A stretch of DNA of 64,000 nucleotides from Marinicella sp. (GTDB lineage: Bacteria; Pseudomonadota; Gammaproteobacteria; Xanthomonadales; Marinicellaceae), in NCBI GenBank assembly GCA_965230295.1, contig OZ246001.1, forward strand, positions 96,001 to 160,000. The letters run 5' to 3'. The notes under the pieces were generated by a model. It did no database searches and had not been told where the DNA came from. It was given only the letters and a program-made list of their open reading frames with translations. Positions 1 to 8,797 of the stretch are shown here, piece after piece. A program made the translations under genes and the position numbers. The number at the start of each line of letters is the position of its first letter. Within the stretch, counting starts at the first letter, position 1.

Positions 1-1215
1 CTTGGCATAACCATCTGTGAAGACATCTGGTATGAAGCTGAACCTGTGGTTTATCAAGCAGAGCATGGGGTGGATTTGTTGGTCAACATTTCAGCATCAC
101 CTTATGCCAGCGGCAAGATTGGCAGTCGAATCAATATGTTACAACGGCGTGCTAAAACCTTTGCTACGCCGTTGGTGTACTGCAATTTGGTGGGTGGTCA
201 AGATGAACTGATCTTTGATGGCACCAGTTGTGCCATTGATGCCGCAGGAGAACTCAAACTGTTGGCACCCTCATTTGATGCGGCCTTTACCTCAGTCAAT
301 TTTGCCAAACCCAACACCCGAATCACTGAACCTGAAGAGCCTTTGGCCGAATTGTACGATGCTCTGGTGACTTGTACCCGCGACTACTTCCAGAAAAATG
401 GCTTCAAAAAAGCCGTGTTGGGCTTGTCAGGTGGGATTGATTCAGCGTTAACCGCCGTGATTGCTGCCGATGCCATCGGCGCAGAAAACGTCACCGGCGT
501 CCTGATGCCTTCTAAATATTCATCAGACCACTCAGTTTCTGATGCACAGCTACTCGCTGATACATTGGGGTTGAACAGCCACGTGGTCCCCATCAAGCCC
601 ATGCACACCACCTTTCATGAGTTTTTGGAACCACTGTTCAATGAAGTCTATGACGACTACTTTCATCGACAAACCGATGAAAACATCCAGGCCAGGATTC
701 GCGGCGTGCTGTTGATGGCTTTTTCCAATAACTCCAATGCCATCTTGTTATGTACCAGCAACAAAAGTGAAACTTCAGTGGGTTACACCACATTATATGG
801 TGACATGGCGGGTGGTTTTGCCCCCATCAAAGACCTGTTTAAACTGCAAGTATATGCCCTGTGTGAATACCGCAACAGCATCGACCCAGCCGGCCCGGTG
901 ATTCCACAAAACACCATCACCAAACCACCATCGGCTGAACTCAGGCCCGATCAAAAAGATTCCGATTCACTGCCAGATTATGAGGTATTGGATGGTATCC
1001 TGGAAAGTTACCTGCATCACCACAAAGATGCTGAACAGATCGCTACCGCAATGGATCAAGACATAGACTTGGTCATCAAGGTGCTGAAAATGGTCGATCG
1101 CAACGAATACAAGCGCCAACAAGCCGCCCCAGGTCCCAGAGTGACCCAAATGGCCTTTGGTAAAGACCGTCGCATGCCCATCACCAACGGCTTTGTGCAT
1201 TCAGGTCCGGGATAA
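1..1215 (+). CDS. nadE: Glutamine-dependent NAD+ synthetase (5' end outside the window)
   Basis: Frame is open from base 1 (LGITICEDIW, nitrilase-domain Cys motif). Also SGGIDS, ENIQARIRG, TSNKSE, GYTTLYGD and PPSAELRPDQKD. Confidence 0.95.
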   Translation, partial: LGITICEDIWYEAEPVVYQAEHGVDLLVNISASPYASGKIGSRINMLQRRAKTFATPLVYCNLVGGQDELIFDGTSCAIDAAGELKLLAPSFDAAFTSVNFAKPNTRITEPEEPLAELYDALVTCTRDYFQKNGFKKAVLGLSGGIDSALTAVIAADAIGAENVTGVLMPSKYSSDHSVSDAQLLADTLGLNSHVVPIKPMHTTFHEFLEPLFNEVYDDYFHRQTDENIQARIRGVLLMAFSNNSNAILLCTSNKSETSVGYTTLYGDMAGGFAPIKDLFKLQVYALCEYRNSIDPAGPVIPQNTITKPPSAELRPDQKDSDSLPDYEVLDGILESYLHHHKDAEQIATAMDQDIDLVIKVLKMVDRNEYKRQQAAPGPRVTQMAFGKDRRMPITNGFVHSGPG

Positions 1216-1270
1216 GTAAACTGAAACATCCGGATAACCCAATCAGCATTGAATGAACAGTAAAAATTCT

Positions 1271-1384
1271 GTCATTCTACAGCTTGACTGTAGAATCCAG
1301 GCAGTTGATGCTTCAGCTAGCTGATTACCCATGTATATATAATGATCATATTGCCTGGATGCTGCGATCAAGTCGCAGCATGAC
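1271..1384. repeat. REPIN/palindromic-element-like inverted pair of hairpins
   Basis: GTCAT-TCTACAG(CTTGA)CTGTAGA-ATCCAGGCA at 1271-1303 faces TGCCTGGAT-GCTGCGA(TCAAG)TCGCAGC-ATGAC at 1352-1384. Flanks and loops are reverse complements; each stem is self-complementary. Confidence 0.8.
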
Positions 1385-1439
1385 GTATTGATTAATTCAA
1401 CACAAATGGTCAGCACTCTTGTTATAAACTTAAAAAAGG

Positions 1440-2111
1440 ATGAATGAAACCATACAACAAAACATGACGGCTTACACCCTGGTCTTCGGTCTCACCGCAG
1501 ACCCCATTCACAAGGGCCATAAACAAGTCATTATCAACAGCTTTGCCTACGCCCGAATGCATGGCATCGAAATCAATAAGTTCTTGCTGGTACCCACCTA
1601 CCAGCCCAACCTGATTGCTGGCAAACAACAACCCAGAACAGCTTACCAGCATCGATACAGGATGTGTGAACTGGTGACCAATGAAATGATTAAGTACTTT
1701 AACTACCCTGTTGAAGTGTCTGATATTGAAAAACAATTGTATTTAAAAAGCAACAAGAAAAGTTACAGCTACGACACCCTAAAGGCCATTTCGGACCACA
1801 ACAAACTGTTCGTCCTCAGTGCCGATCATTTTGCCGGCCGTTGGCCTAAATTCAGAAAATGGCACCGCTGGCAAACGCTGGTCAAAGAAAATGGGCTGCT
1901 GATCCACCAAAGACCTGGCCATGGCATCAATGCCACCTTCATCCAACAACTTAAAACCATTAACCCAGCGATCCACTTGGTCAAAAATTTACCGGCAGTG
2001 GACGTCTCATCAACTCAGATACGACAAACCATAAATACAAATGCCAAACAAAATCAGCTGATTGATGAAGCAGTTTACCAATACATAAAACAATATGGCA
2101 TGTACCAATAA
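1440..2111 (+). CDS. Nicotinate/nicotinamide-nucleotide adenylyltransferase-like protein (divergent NadD)
   Basis: FGLTADPIHKGH (HxGH motif), SYSYDTL and VSSTQIR motifs; adjacent to nadE. Confidence 0.75.
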   Translation: MNETIQQNMTAYTLVFGLTADPIHKGHKQVIINSFAYARMHGIEINKFLLVPTYQPNLIAGKQQPRTAYQHRYRMCELVTNEMIKYFNYPVEVSDIEKQLYLKSNKKSYSYDTLKAISDHNKLFVLSADHFAGRWPKFRKWHRWQTLVKENGLLIHQRPGHGINATFIQQLKTINPAIHLVKNLPAVDVSSTQIRQTINTNAKQNQLIDEAVYQYIKQYGMYQ

Positions 2112-2171
2112 CATGGAACTGCCGCCCACATTCCAGGTCTGAACATTCTATTAATACCAAGGAGCGGCCAC

Positions 2172-2624
2172 ATTAAAGCAACCAAAGTCATCATCATTGC
2201 ATCACTTGTTCTTTTGTTTTTTGGCATGACATTCACAAGAATTACCATAGGCTCCATCAGCAAAGCCAAATACAAAGAAACCCAAATCATGTTGAAAAAG
2301 TGGGCCCAAGCAGCCCTAGAGCACCAAGCAGATACAGGATCACTGCCTTCGCAACTCGTTCACTTAGTAAATGACACAGGCACCACTGGTTGGCGAGGTC
2401 CTTACATGAAATCGAAAGACTTGATCGATCCATGGGACTTGACTTATACCTATGAAGTGGACCATTCCACTGGTACGATGATGTTGTGTTCACTGGGGTC
2501 AAATCGCGCACTGGGTGGTAAAGATATGGCCACTGATGTGACCTTGCTGGTCAAAAACGCTGAAATGGTGTATCAATATGATCGATTTTGCTGTCTTGTA
2601 AACCATCCATTAAAAAGTAATTAA
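2172..2624 (+). CDS. Type II secretion pseudopilin GspG-like protein
   Basis: WRGPY...DPW..TY.Y and SLGSN..LGG motifs of the GspG C-terminal domain. Frame is open upstream of the track start (2214); AAGGAG lies 7 nt before an ATT at 2172, which restores an N-terminal hydrophobic helix. Confidence 0.7.
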   Translation: MKATKVIIIASLVLLFFGMTFTRITIGSISKAKYKETQIMLKKWAQAALEHQADTGSLPSQLVHLVNDTGTTGWRGPYMKSKDLIDPWDLTYTYEVDHSTGTMMLCSLGSNRALGGKDMATDVTLLVKNAEMVYQYDRFCCLVNHPLKSN

Positions 2625-2627
2625 AGC

Positions 2628-3059
2628 GTGTTGCAGAGGATATTGAGTGTATTCTTCATACTCACCACCATTTTAATAGCAGTGGGGTGGCAGGCCAGTA
2701 ACCCCCCACATTGCAGCTATCAAATGAAAAGTGTTATTGATCTGAAAGAATTGGTTGAAGCCAGTTTAGAACATCGCTTAGACACCAATCACTATCCAAA
2801 TAACCTCTTTGACTTGGCCTTTGAGCCTTCGAACAAAGGCTGGTGGCTAGGACCTTATATCAAAGAAAAGGACATCTTAGATCCATGGGGCGAACCTTAT
2901 CATTATTTAGTTGACCCTGCGAACCATACAATCATCATCTATACCTTGGGCTCTGATCACGTTGTTGGCGGTCAAGACCAAGCCAGCGACTTGATAATTT
3001 TAGCCAAGGGCTCAGATAAAATGGTGTTCAGCCAAGCGTTTAAACCCATGACAAAATAA
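2628..3059 (+). CDS. Second GspG-like pseudopilin paralog
   Basis: WLGPYIK...DPWGEPYHY...TLGSDHVVGG motifs; N-terminal hydrophobic segment. Confidence 0.75.
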   Translation: MLQRILSVFFILTTILIAVGWQASNPPHCSYQMKSVIDLKELVEASLEHRLDTNHYPNNLFDLAFEPSNKGWWLGPYIKEKDILDPWGEPYHYLVDPANHTIIIYTLGSDHVVGGQDQASDLIILAKGSDKMVFSQAFKPMTK

Positions 3060-3106
3060 TCGAAATTTACTATCAGTTAACAATATAGCTGATTTATAAT
3101 AATTAG

Positions 3107-4294
3107 ATGGACAGATATCTGGCAAAACCAACCTATACATTGCCGTTACTCATGATCATTTTTTTCTTGACGGCATGTTCCTCTTCATCTCGAGTAAATC
3201 TTAAAAATAATTATACCGAACAAGATTTGTTTCATGACAACTTGATGGGTGAGCCACCCAAGTTATTAACACTTAAAGAAGTGTTTGAACTGACTCCGGA
3301 ACAAAAAGAACATTTTACCCGCAAGTACCACAGTTTTAGATACCGGGATTTGTCTGACAGCCAGCGCATTTATGAGTTTTTAAAAGACCAGCTTGATTCG
3401 TTTAACTTTCATTCGGACACATTGATTGCCACCGAGGCCATGGCGCAAAACTCTGGTAACTGTTTGTCGCTGGCAATACTGACCAAAGCCCTGGCACAAA
3501 TAACCAATGTAGGGGTCAATTATGAACTGGCCAGAACGCCACCGGTTTTTCAAAGAGAAGGCGACTTGCTACTCAGTTCGCAACACATACGGGCGGTCAT
3601 ATTTGACAAAAACTCCAGGAACGCCAAGCAATTCATCAAACCCAACCTGAAAATTAAGGTTGATTACTTCTCTACAATAGGCTCTCGCATGTTAAGGCGG
3701 GTTAACAAAGAAGAGTTTTATGCCATGTTTTACAGCAACCGTGCTGCAGAGGCGATGGTCGATAACCAATTTAAAAAGGCATACTGGCATTTGAAAGAAG
3801 CCCTCAGACATGACAATGACAATGTCATAGCAATCAACATTCTGGGGGTGATATACAGCCGCCTTGGCCATAAAGAATATGCTGAAAGGGTTTTTCAATA
3901 TGGCCTCTCAACAGGAAAAAATCAACTGGAATTACTCAACAATTACCACAACCTGTTGGTTCAACTGAACCGCCATGAAGATGCCGCACTGATTGCCAAG
4001 AAACTTGAAAACTACGATGACCCAGATCCATTTAAATGGATTGATTTGGCCAATGCTGAAATGCGGGAAACCAATTACAACAAAGCCTTACTGTTGTTTG
4101 AAAAAGCAGCTGAAAAAGCCAATTACTTACATCAACCGTACGCTGGCATAGCCCAAGCAAACTTTCAATTAGGCAGAACCAACCGAGCCATTAAAGCCAT
4201 GAAACTGGCCATTAAAAACTCTCATCGACATCAAACAACATCGATATATCAAGCGAAATACGATCAAATGATTTCCATACAAAACACCCCTTAG
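3107..4294 (+). CDS. TPR-containing lipoprotein with transglutaminase-like N-terminal region
   Basis: Lipobox FLTAC; GNCLSLA motif with a downstream His; C-terminal TPR-like helices. Confidence 0.7.
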   Translation: MDRYLAKPTYTLPLLMIIFFLTACSSSSRVNLKNNYTEQDLFHDNLMGEPPKLLTLKEVFELTPEQKEHFTRKYHSFRYRDLSDSQRIYEFLKDQLDSFNFHSDTLIATEAMAQNSGNCLSLAILTKALAQITNVGVNYELARTPPVFQREGDLLLSSQHIRAVIFDKNSRNAKQFIKPNLKIKVDYFSTIGSRMLRRVNKEEFYAMFYSNRAAEAMVDNQFKKAYWHLKEALRHDNDNVIAINILGVIYSRLGHKEYAERVFQYGLSTGKNQLELLNNYHNLLVQLNRHEDAALIAKKLENYDDPDPFKWIDLANAEMRETNYNKALLLFEKAAEKANYLHQPYAGIAQANFQLGRTNRAIKAMKLAIKNSHRHQTTSIYQAKYDQMISIQNTP

Positions 4295-4367
4295 CGATAA
4301 ACAATCGCCACGACATTACTGCTACAATAGCCACCAGTTTTTAAGCCAAACTGGAGACCCATACACC

Positions 4368-4955
4368 ATGCAGCACATCATCTGTACCAGCAACCACATC
4401 GTTGAGAATGCACTTTCAGGGGAAGGTTTCATAAAAACCAATGACCCAATATTTAATTTAAATCACCTCTGGATTGGCCCCAGACCTCATTTGGAAGAGG
4501 ATGAAAACTTCAAACAAATTATTCCCTATGTGATCCTTTCACATCAAGGGAAAATTGCGGTTTATCAACGCACCAGAAAAGGCGGGGAAAGTCGCTTGCA
4601 CAACCAGAATTCCATTGGTTTTGGCGGCCACATTGATGCATTTGATTTGGCCTATGATGACGATGGTACCATCAACCTAGATCAAACCATCGAAACCTCT
4701 GCACAGCGAGAAATTGATGAAGAATTGATTGTTTCCGAGGTTGTCAGCAAAACCCAGTTGGGTTACATCCTAGACAACAGCAACCCGGTTGGGCGTGTCC
4801 ATATCGGCGTGGTTGAACGCTGGGAACTGGCTTCTCCAGAGGTACGCAGCAACGAAGATGAAATAGAAGTGTTGGGCTTGTTTGAATTGGACCAGTTGAA
4901 AAAGATGACCAATACCATGGAAAACTGGAGCGAACACATCGTCAAAGGCTTATAA
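4368..4955 (+). CDS. NUDIX-fold predicted phosphoesterase (YmaB-like)
   Basis: EEDENFKQIIPY, SIGFGGHID, REIDEEL and VGRVHIG motifs; RBS GGAG. Confidence 0.8.
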   Translation: MQHIICTSNHIVENALSGEGFIKTNDPIFNLNHLWIGPRPHLEEDENFKQIIPYVILSHQGKIAVYQRTRKGGESRLHNQNSIGFGGHIDAFDLAYDDDGTINLDQTIETSAQREIDEELIVSEVVSKTQLGYILDNSNPVGRVHIGVVERWELASPEVRSNEDEIEVLGLFELDQLKKMTNTMENWSEHIVKGL

Positions 4956-5003
4956 AGTACTGTTATCAGAGCATATACATTAAACCAACTCCATAATCCC
5001 ATT

Positions 5004-5220
5004 CATTTCGACTCACTCAGTACAGGGCATGTCGAAGCTGCGGTTTGCCAGAATTACTATGTTCCAAATTTCAGTTCATTTCGGCTCCGCTCAATGAACG
5101 TTACCGTTGGCTGAGCATTTCGACTTAGTCTGAACTTTGCACAGTTCATTTCGACTCCGCTCAATGAACGGCCCGCTGGCTGAGCACTTCGGCCCGCTCA
5201 GTACTGGCTTAGTCGAAGCC
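5004..5220. repeat. Cluster of REP-like TTCG(A/G)C..CGCTCA palindromic repeats
   Basis: CAGTTCATTTCG(G/A)CTCCGCTCAATGAACG at 5072-5100 and 5142-5170 (70-nt period), plus related half-units near 5004-5037 and 5186-5220. Confidence 0.75.
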
Positions 5221-7266
5221 AGTGTCTTGAGTGGGTTTTTCAGCTGTTTTTCGGTATTGATCAAACCAAGCCAAAATACTGACCACCTTAGCCACCAAAT
5301 TACTTGGGCGACTGGCAATGCCATGACTCGCTCCGGGAATTCTGACCATGGCTGATTCCACTTTTTGCAGTTTCAATGCAGCATAGTATTGCTCGGACTC
5401 TGCGATGGGTGTCCGAAAATCTTCTTCACCGGTTAACAACATGGTGGGAGTCGTGACATTACCAACATAAGACAACGGTGAGCGTTTGAAGTAACTGTCT
5501 GGATCTTCCCATGGCTTACTGTTAAACCAATACTTGTAGAAAAACCCCGGGTTGTCTGCATAAAGCACAAAACTGGTCCAATTGATCACAGGTTTGGCCA
5601 CCACCGCTGCTTTGAAGCGATCTGTTTTGCCGATGATCCATGAGGTTAAGACCCCGCCTCCGCTGCCACCTGTGACAAACAACTGTGCTTCATCAACAAA
5701 ACCTTTTTCAATGGCTGCATCCACCCCAGACATCAAATCATGGTAGTCGTTGTTCGGGTAATCATGGTGAATGATGTTGGCAAATTCCTGGCCATAGCCT
5801 GTGCTGCCACGAGGGTTGGCATACAACACCACATAGCCGGCCGCTGCAAACAATTGCACTTCGGCAGAAAACACCGAACCATAACTGGCAAATGGGCCGC
5901 CATGGATTTCCAGGATTAACGGGTATTTTTTATTGGGATCAAAATCAGGAGGTGTGACCAACCAGCCTTGTATTTTACGCTGATCAACTGATGACTCCCA
6001 CCACAACTCTTCTACTTGCCCGGTTTTTTTGTACGCAAACAAGTCATCATTGACCCTGGTTATCCTATTAGATTTGCCATGCGCATAAGTGGCCAAATCG
6101 GCTGGATGATCCGGACCGCCTAAAGTATAAGCAACCCGGTCATTATTCGAAACAGAGAAAGCAGCCGAGTTGTAAGGTCTGCCCAATGACAAACCACCCA
6201 TTTGTTCAACAATGGGTTTAACTTGTCCATTGAGCTTGAGGTAGGCCAACTTGCCATCACCCTGATCGGTGTATTGCACGTACAAACCTTGAGAGTTATC
6301 GGCCCATGCCATGGATTGAATAGACCGGTCTAATTGGCCAGAGATCAAACGCTCATTTTCACCCTCAACATCCATCACATACAGCTTCCTGACCGTGTGC
6401 CCCTGGAATGTGTCGTCAAACCCCATATAAGCCAGCCATTTTCCATCTGGTGACAATTGAGCATTGGCATCTGGACCGAATCGTTCGGTCAGTGCCGTGA
6501 CCGACAAGTCGGTTAAATCCAACCGGTAAACTTCCGCATTTAAGGGTTCAAATTCATGGTTTTCATGTAAATTGGCGGTAAAAAATATAGACTTGTTGTC
6601 TTTTGACCATATTGGAGCCCCGTGGTTGTGGTCAGTAAAGGTTAACTGCCTGGGCGTACCCCCATCAATCGGAAGGGTGAACAATTGGTTATGCCCCGGT
6701 TTGATATAACCTCGACCGTCTCTGCGGTAAGTCATGTCATCGATATAGATGGGTGGAGAATTCCACTCTGCCCCTTTGGGTTTAGCTGGCATTTTAACCA
6801 ATGAAGATTTGGCTTTCGGTACAAACTGCGTGAACACCAGGTGCTTGTCGTCATGTGACCAAGCCACATTGCCCGGTGGACGTGCCGTGTTGGTTAATGC
6901 CATGCTGTCCCGGCTATTCAACCACATCAAATACAACCTGGTCTTATCATCTGCATGGTTGGATAAATAGACTATTTTCTTTCCATCATTAGACCACCTG
7001 GCACCATAAGCATTGTGATTACCCACCGTCAAAGGTCGGTTGTTACTGCCGTCAAAATTGACCAACCATAAATTTGACAGGTTTTTATCAGTCATCACAT
7101 CTTTGAAATTCCGGGTATAGATGATGCGTTTTCCATCAGGAGAAATCTGTGGATCAGAAACATATTCCAAATTGAATACATCCAATGTCTCAAGATGGTC
7201 AACAGGTTGGCTGTTAATGTTGGTTGAAAAGAATAAAAAGCAGGTGATGACAGTAATCAATTTCAT
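5209..7266 (-). CDS. Secreted S9-family (prolyl oligopeptidase / acylaminoacyl) peptidase
   Basis: Signal peptide from MKLITV (7266), beta-propeller repeats, IHGGP, catalytic GGSGGG, GEEDFRTP and ASHGI. Confidence 0.93.
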   Translation of the reverse strand: MKLITVITCFLFFSTNINSQPVDHLETLDVFNLEYVSDPQISPDGKRIIYTRNFKDVMTDKNLSNLWLVNFDGSNNRPLTVGNHNAYGARWSNDGKKIVYLSNHADDKTRLYLMWLNSRDSMALTNTARPPGNVAWSHDDKHLVFTQFVPKAKSSLVKMPAKPKGAEWNSPPIYIDDMTYRRDGRGYIKPGHNQLFTLPIDGGTPRQLTFTDHNHGAPIWSKDNKSIFFTANLHENHEFEPLNAEVYRLDLTDLSVTALTERFGPDANAQLSPDGKWLAYMGFDDTFQGHTVRKLYVMDVEGENERLISGQLDRSIQSMAWADNSQGLYVQYTDQGDGKLAYLKLNGQVKPIVEQMGGLSLGRPYNSAAFSVSNNDRVAYTLGGPDHPADLATYAHGKSNRITRVNDDLFAYKKTGQVEELWWESSVDQRKIQGWLVTPPDFDPNKKYPLILEIHGGPFASYGSVFSAEVQLFAAAGYVVLYANPRGSTGYGQEFANIIHHDYPNNDYHDLMSGVDAAIEKGFVDEAQLFVTGGSGGGVLTSWIIGKTDRFKAAVVAKPVINWTSFVLYADNPGFFYKYWFNSKPWEDPDSYFKRSPLSYVGNVTTPTMLLTGEEDFRTPIAESEQYYAALKLQKVESAMVRIPGASHGIASRPSNLVAKVVSILAWFDQYRKTAEKPTQDTGFD

Positions 7267-7468
7267 GTTGGTTTCAAGAGTTATGTGAAGTCTCAGTATA
7301 CGATTTTGGCACAGGCTCAGCAAATGCACCAAAAGTAATTATTTTCACCCCAAAAGCGAAGGTGGCTTCGTTCGCCAAATTCAATGATGAACCATTTGAG
7401 TTTAAAAGCTATTCTTTATGTTTTCCCCACCTGACTTTAGGGGTTATCCAAAGTGGGTTTTCTGCTTA

Positions 7469-7990
7469 TCAGACCCTGTCTTTTTGTTCGTAAGGGTTGA
7501 TGATATTTTTCGCTATATATTGACCAAACACATAACCCAAATATACAACCACAAACCAAACCCAAACTGAATGCCCCTCAACTTTTTTGATCCAATAAGC
7601 TGGCCAAGTGATGGCCGTGATGAAATTCATCAATGAGTTGATGAAGAAATTCACCACATCACCAACACCCAATGATGACAAGGTGGCCATCACCGTTTCT
7701 TCGCTGGTCATGAAATCAACAATTTCCCAGAACTCAACAACAACATAAGTTAATACTGCCATCACACCATAGAAGCCACCACCAAAATCAACCCACTTCG
7801 ACATCATGACCCTTTGCAACGACCATTTTTGCTTTTTCATGTCCTGTTTGATTTGTTTCATACCTGCTTTGTCTTTATTTTCAATGACTGCAACAGAATC
7901 ACTGCCTTTTTCCTTCAGCAACAAGTAAAACAAAACAAAACTAACCAGGCCAGTACTGACAAATGCCAGCATTAATTTCAAGTACACCAT
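7469..7990 (-). CDS. Hypothetical membrane protein
   Basis: 173-aa ORF with several hydrophobic helices and FGGGFYG; follows the cpcT-like gene by 9 nt. Confidence 0.7.
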   Translation of the reverse strand: MVYLKLMLAFVSTGLVSFVLFYLLLKEKGSDSVAVIENKDKAGMKQIKQDMKKQKWSLQRVMMSKWVDFGGGFYGVMAVLTYVVVEFWEIVDFMTSEETVMATLSSLGVGDVVNFFINSLMNFITAITWPAYWIKKVEGHSVWVWFVVVYLGYVFGQYIAKNIINPYEQKDRV

Positions 7991-7999
7991 ACTGTTTAC

Positions 8000-8647
8000 C
8001 TAGCGATCTGCATCGCTTGTGTTGACTCGGTCAAAAACATATGGACCAGCAGTGGCGCCCCAAACTTGTTCATCGTTGACATCAAAACCTTGGTCCCAAC
8101 TGGTAATGGCAGATGTTGAAATTTCTACCACAGATGTGGCATATGTGGCACCTCGCAGCTGACTCAGACAGTCTTTTTCAACAGTACTGCCCGTGTAATT
8201 GTTTGTGCCTTTTAAATTCAAAATCACGGCACAACCCGTACGCAATTTCAAATCAACAGGTGACAGGCCATTCAATAATGCAGGGGTTTCATAGCCCCCA
8301 ATGACGGCTTTTGGATCTGGTAATTCATACACTGCACTGCTGAATCGACCATCACCTAAAGCGGTCACATGGTAAACGCGTTGTCGGTATGGCTTGTCAG
8401 GTTGGCTACCGACAGCTTGTTCTACATACAACCATTTACCATGGGTATCAGCAAGCCAAATGGGCTTCATCTTTAAACTGATGTGAAAATATCGATCATC
8501 TTTTAACGATTGTTGGAGGCTGTTGAATTCACCTGACATCAAGTCAATCAGCTTATCTAACTGCGTTTCAGGTTTAACCTGTTTAGATTGACAACCTACC
8601 AAAACAAAGAGCATCAAAAGAGGCGTTAATATTTGCTTGAACTTCAT
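8000..8647 (-). CDS. CpcT/CpeT-family chromophore-lyase-like lipoprotein
   Basis: Lipobox LVGC; LYVEQA, PYRQRVY, GCAV, SWDQGFD and QVWGA..GPY motifs of CpcT/CpeT. Confidence 0.85.
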   Translation of the reverse strand: MKFKQILTPLLMLFVLVGCQSKQVKPETQLDKLIDLMSGEFNSLQQSLKDDRYFHISLKMKPIWLADTHGKWLYVEQAVGSQPDKPYRQRVYHVTALGDGRFSSAVYELPDPKAVIGGYETPALLNGLSPVDLKLRTGCAVILNLKGTNNYTGSTVEKDCLSQLRGATYATSVVEISTSAITSWDQGFDVNDEQVWGATAGPYVFDRVNTSDADR

Positions 8648-8797
8648 GTGCCAGTCCCAAATTAAAGTCCACATTCTAACACTGTTGGCTAAAATAATAC
8701 TTGTTAATCAAATGATGACGGTAAGTGATGTCATGAATGAAAAAACATTCACATCCCTGTGAATTTAAAGACCTTTCGTGCTAACTCAATGACTATG

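Noticed and set aside
5004-5220. Possible CRISPR array
   Set aside because: Only two near-identical units, the intervening sequences are themselves related, and no cas genes are present. A REP-like cluster fits better.
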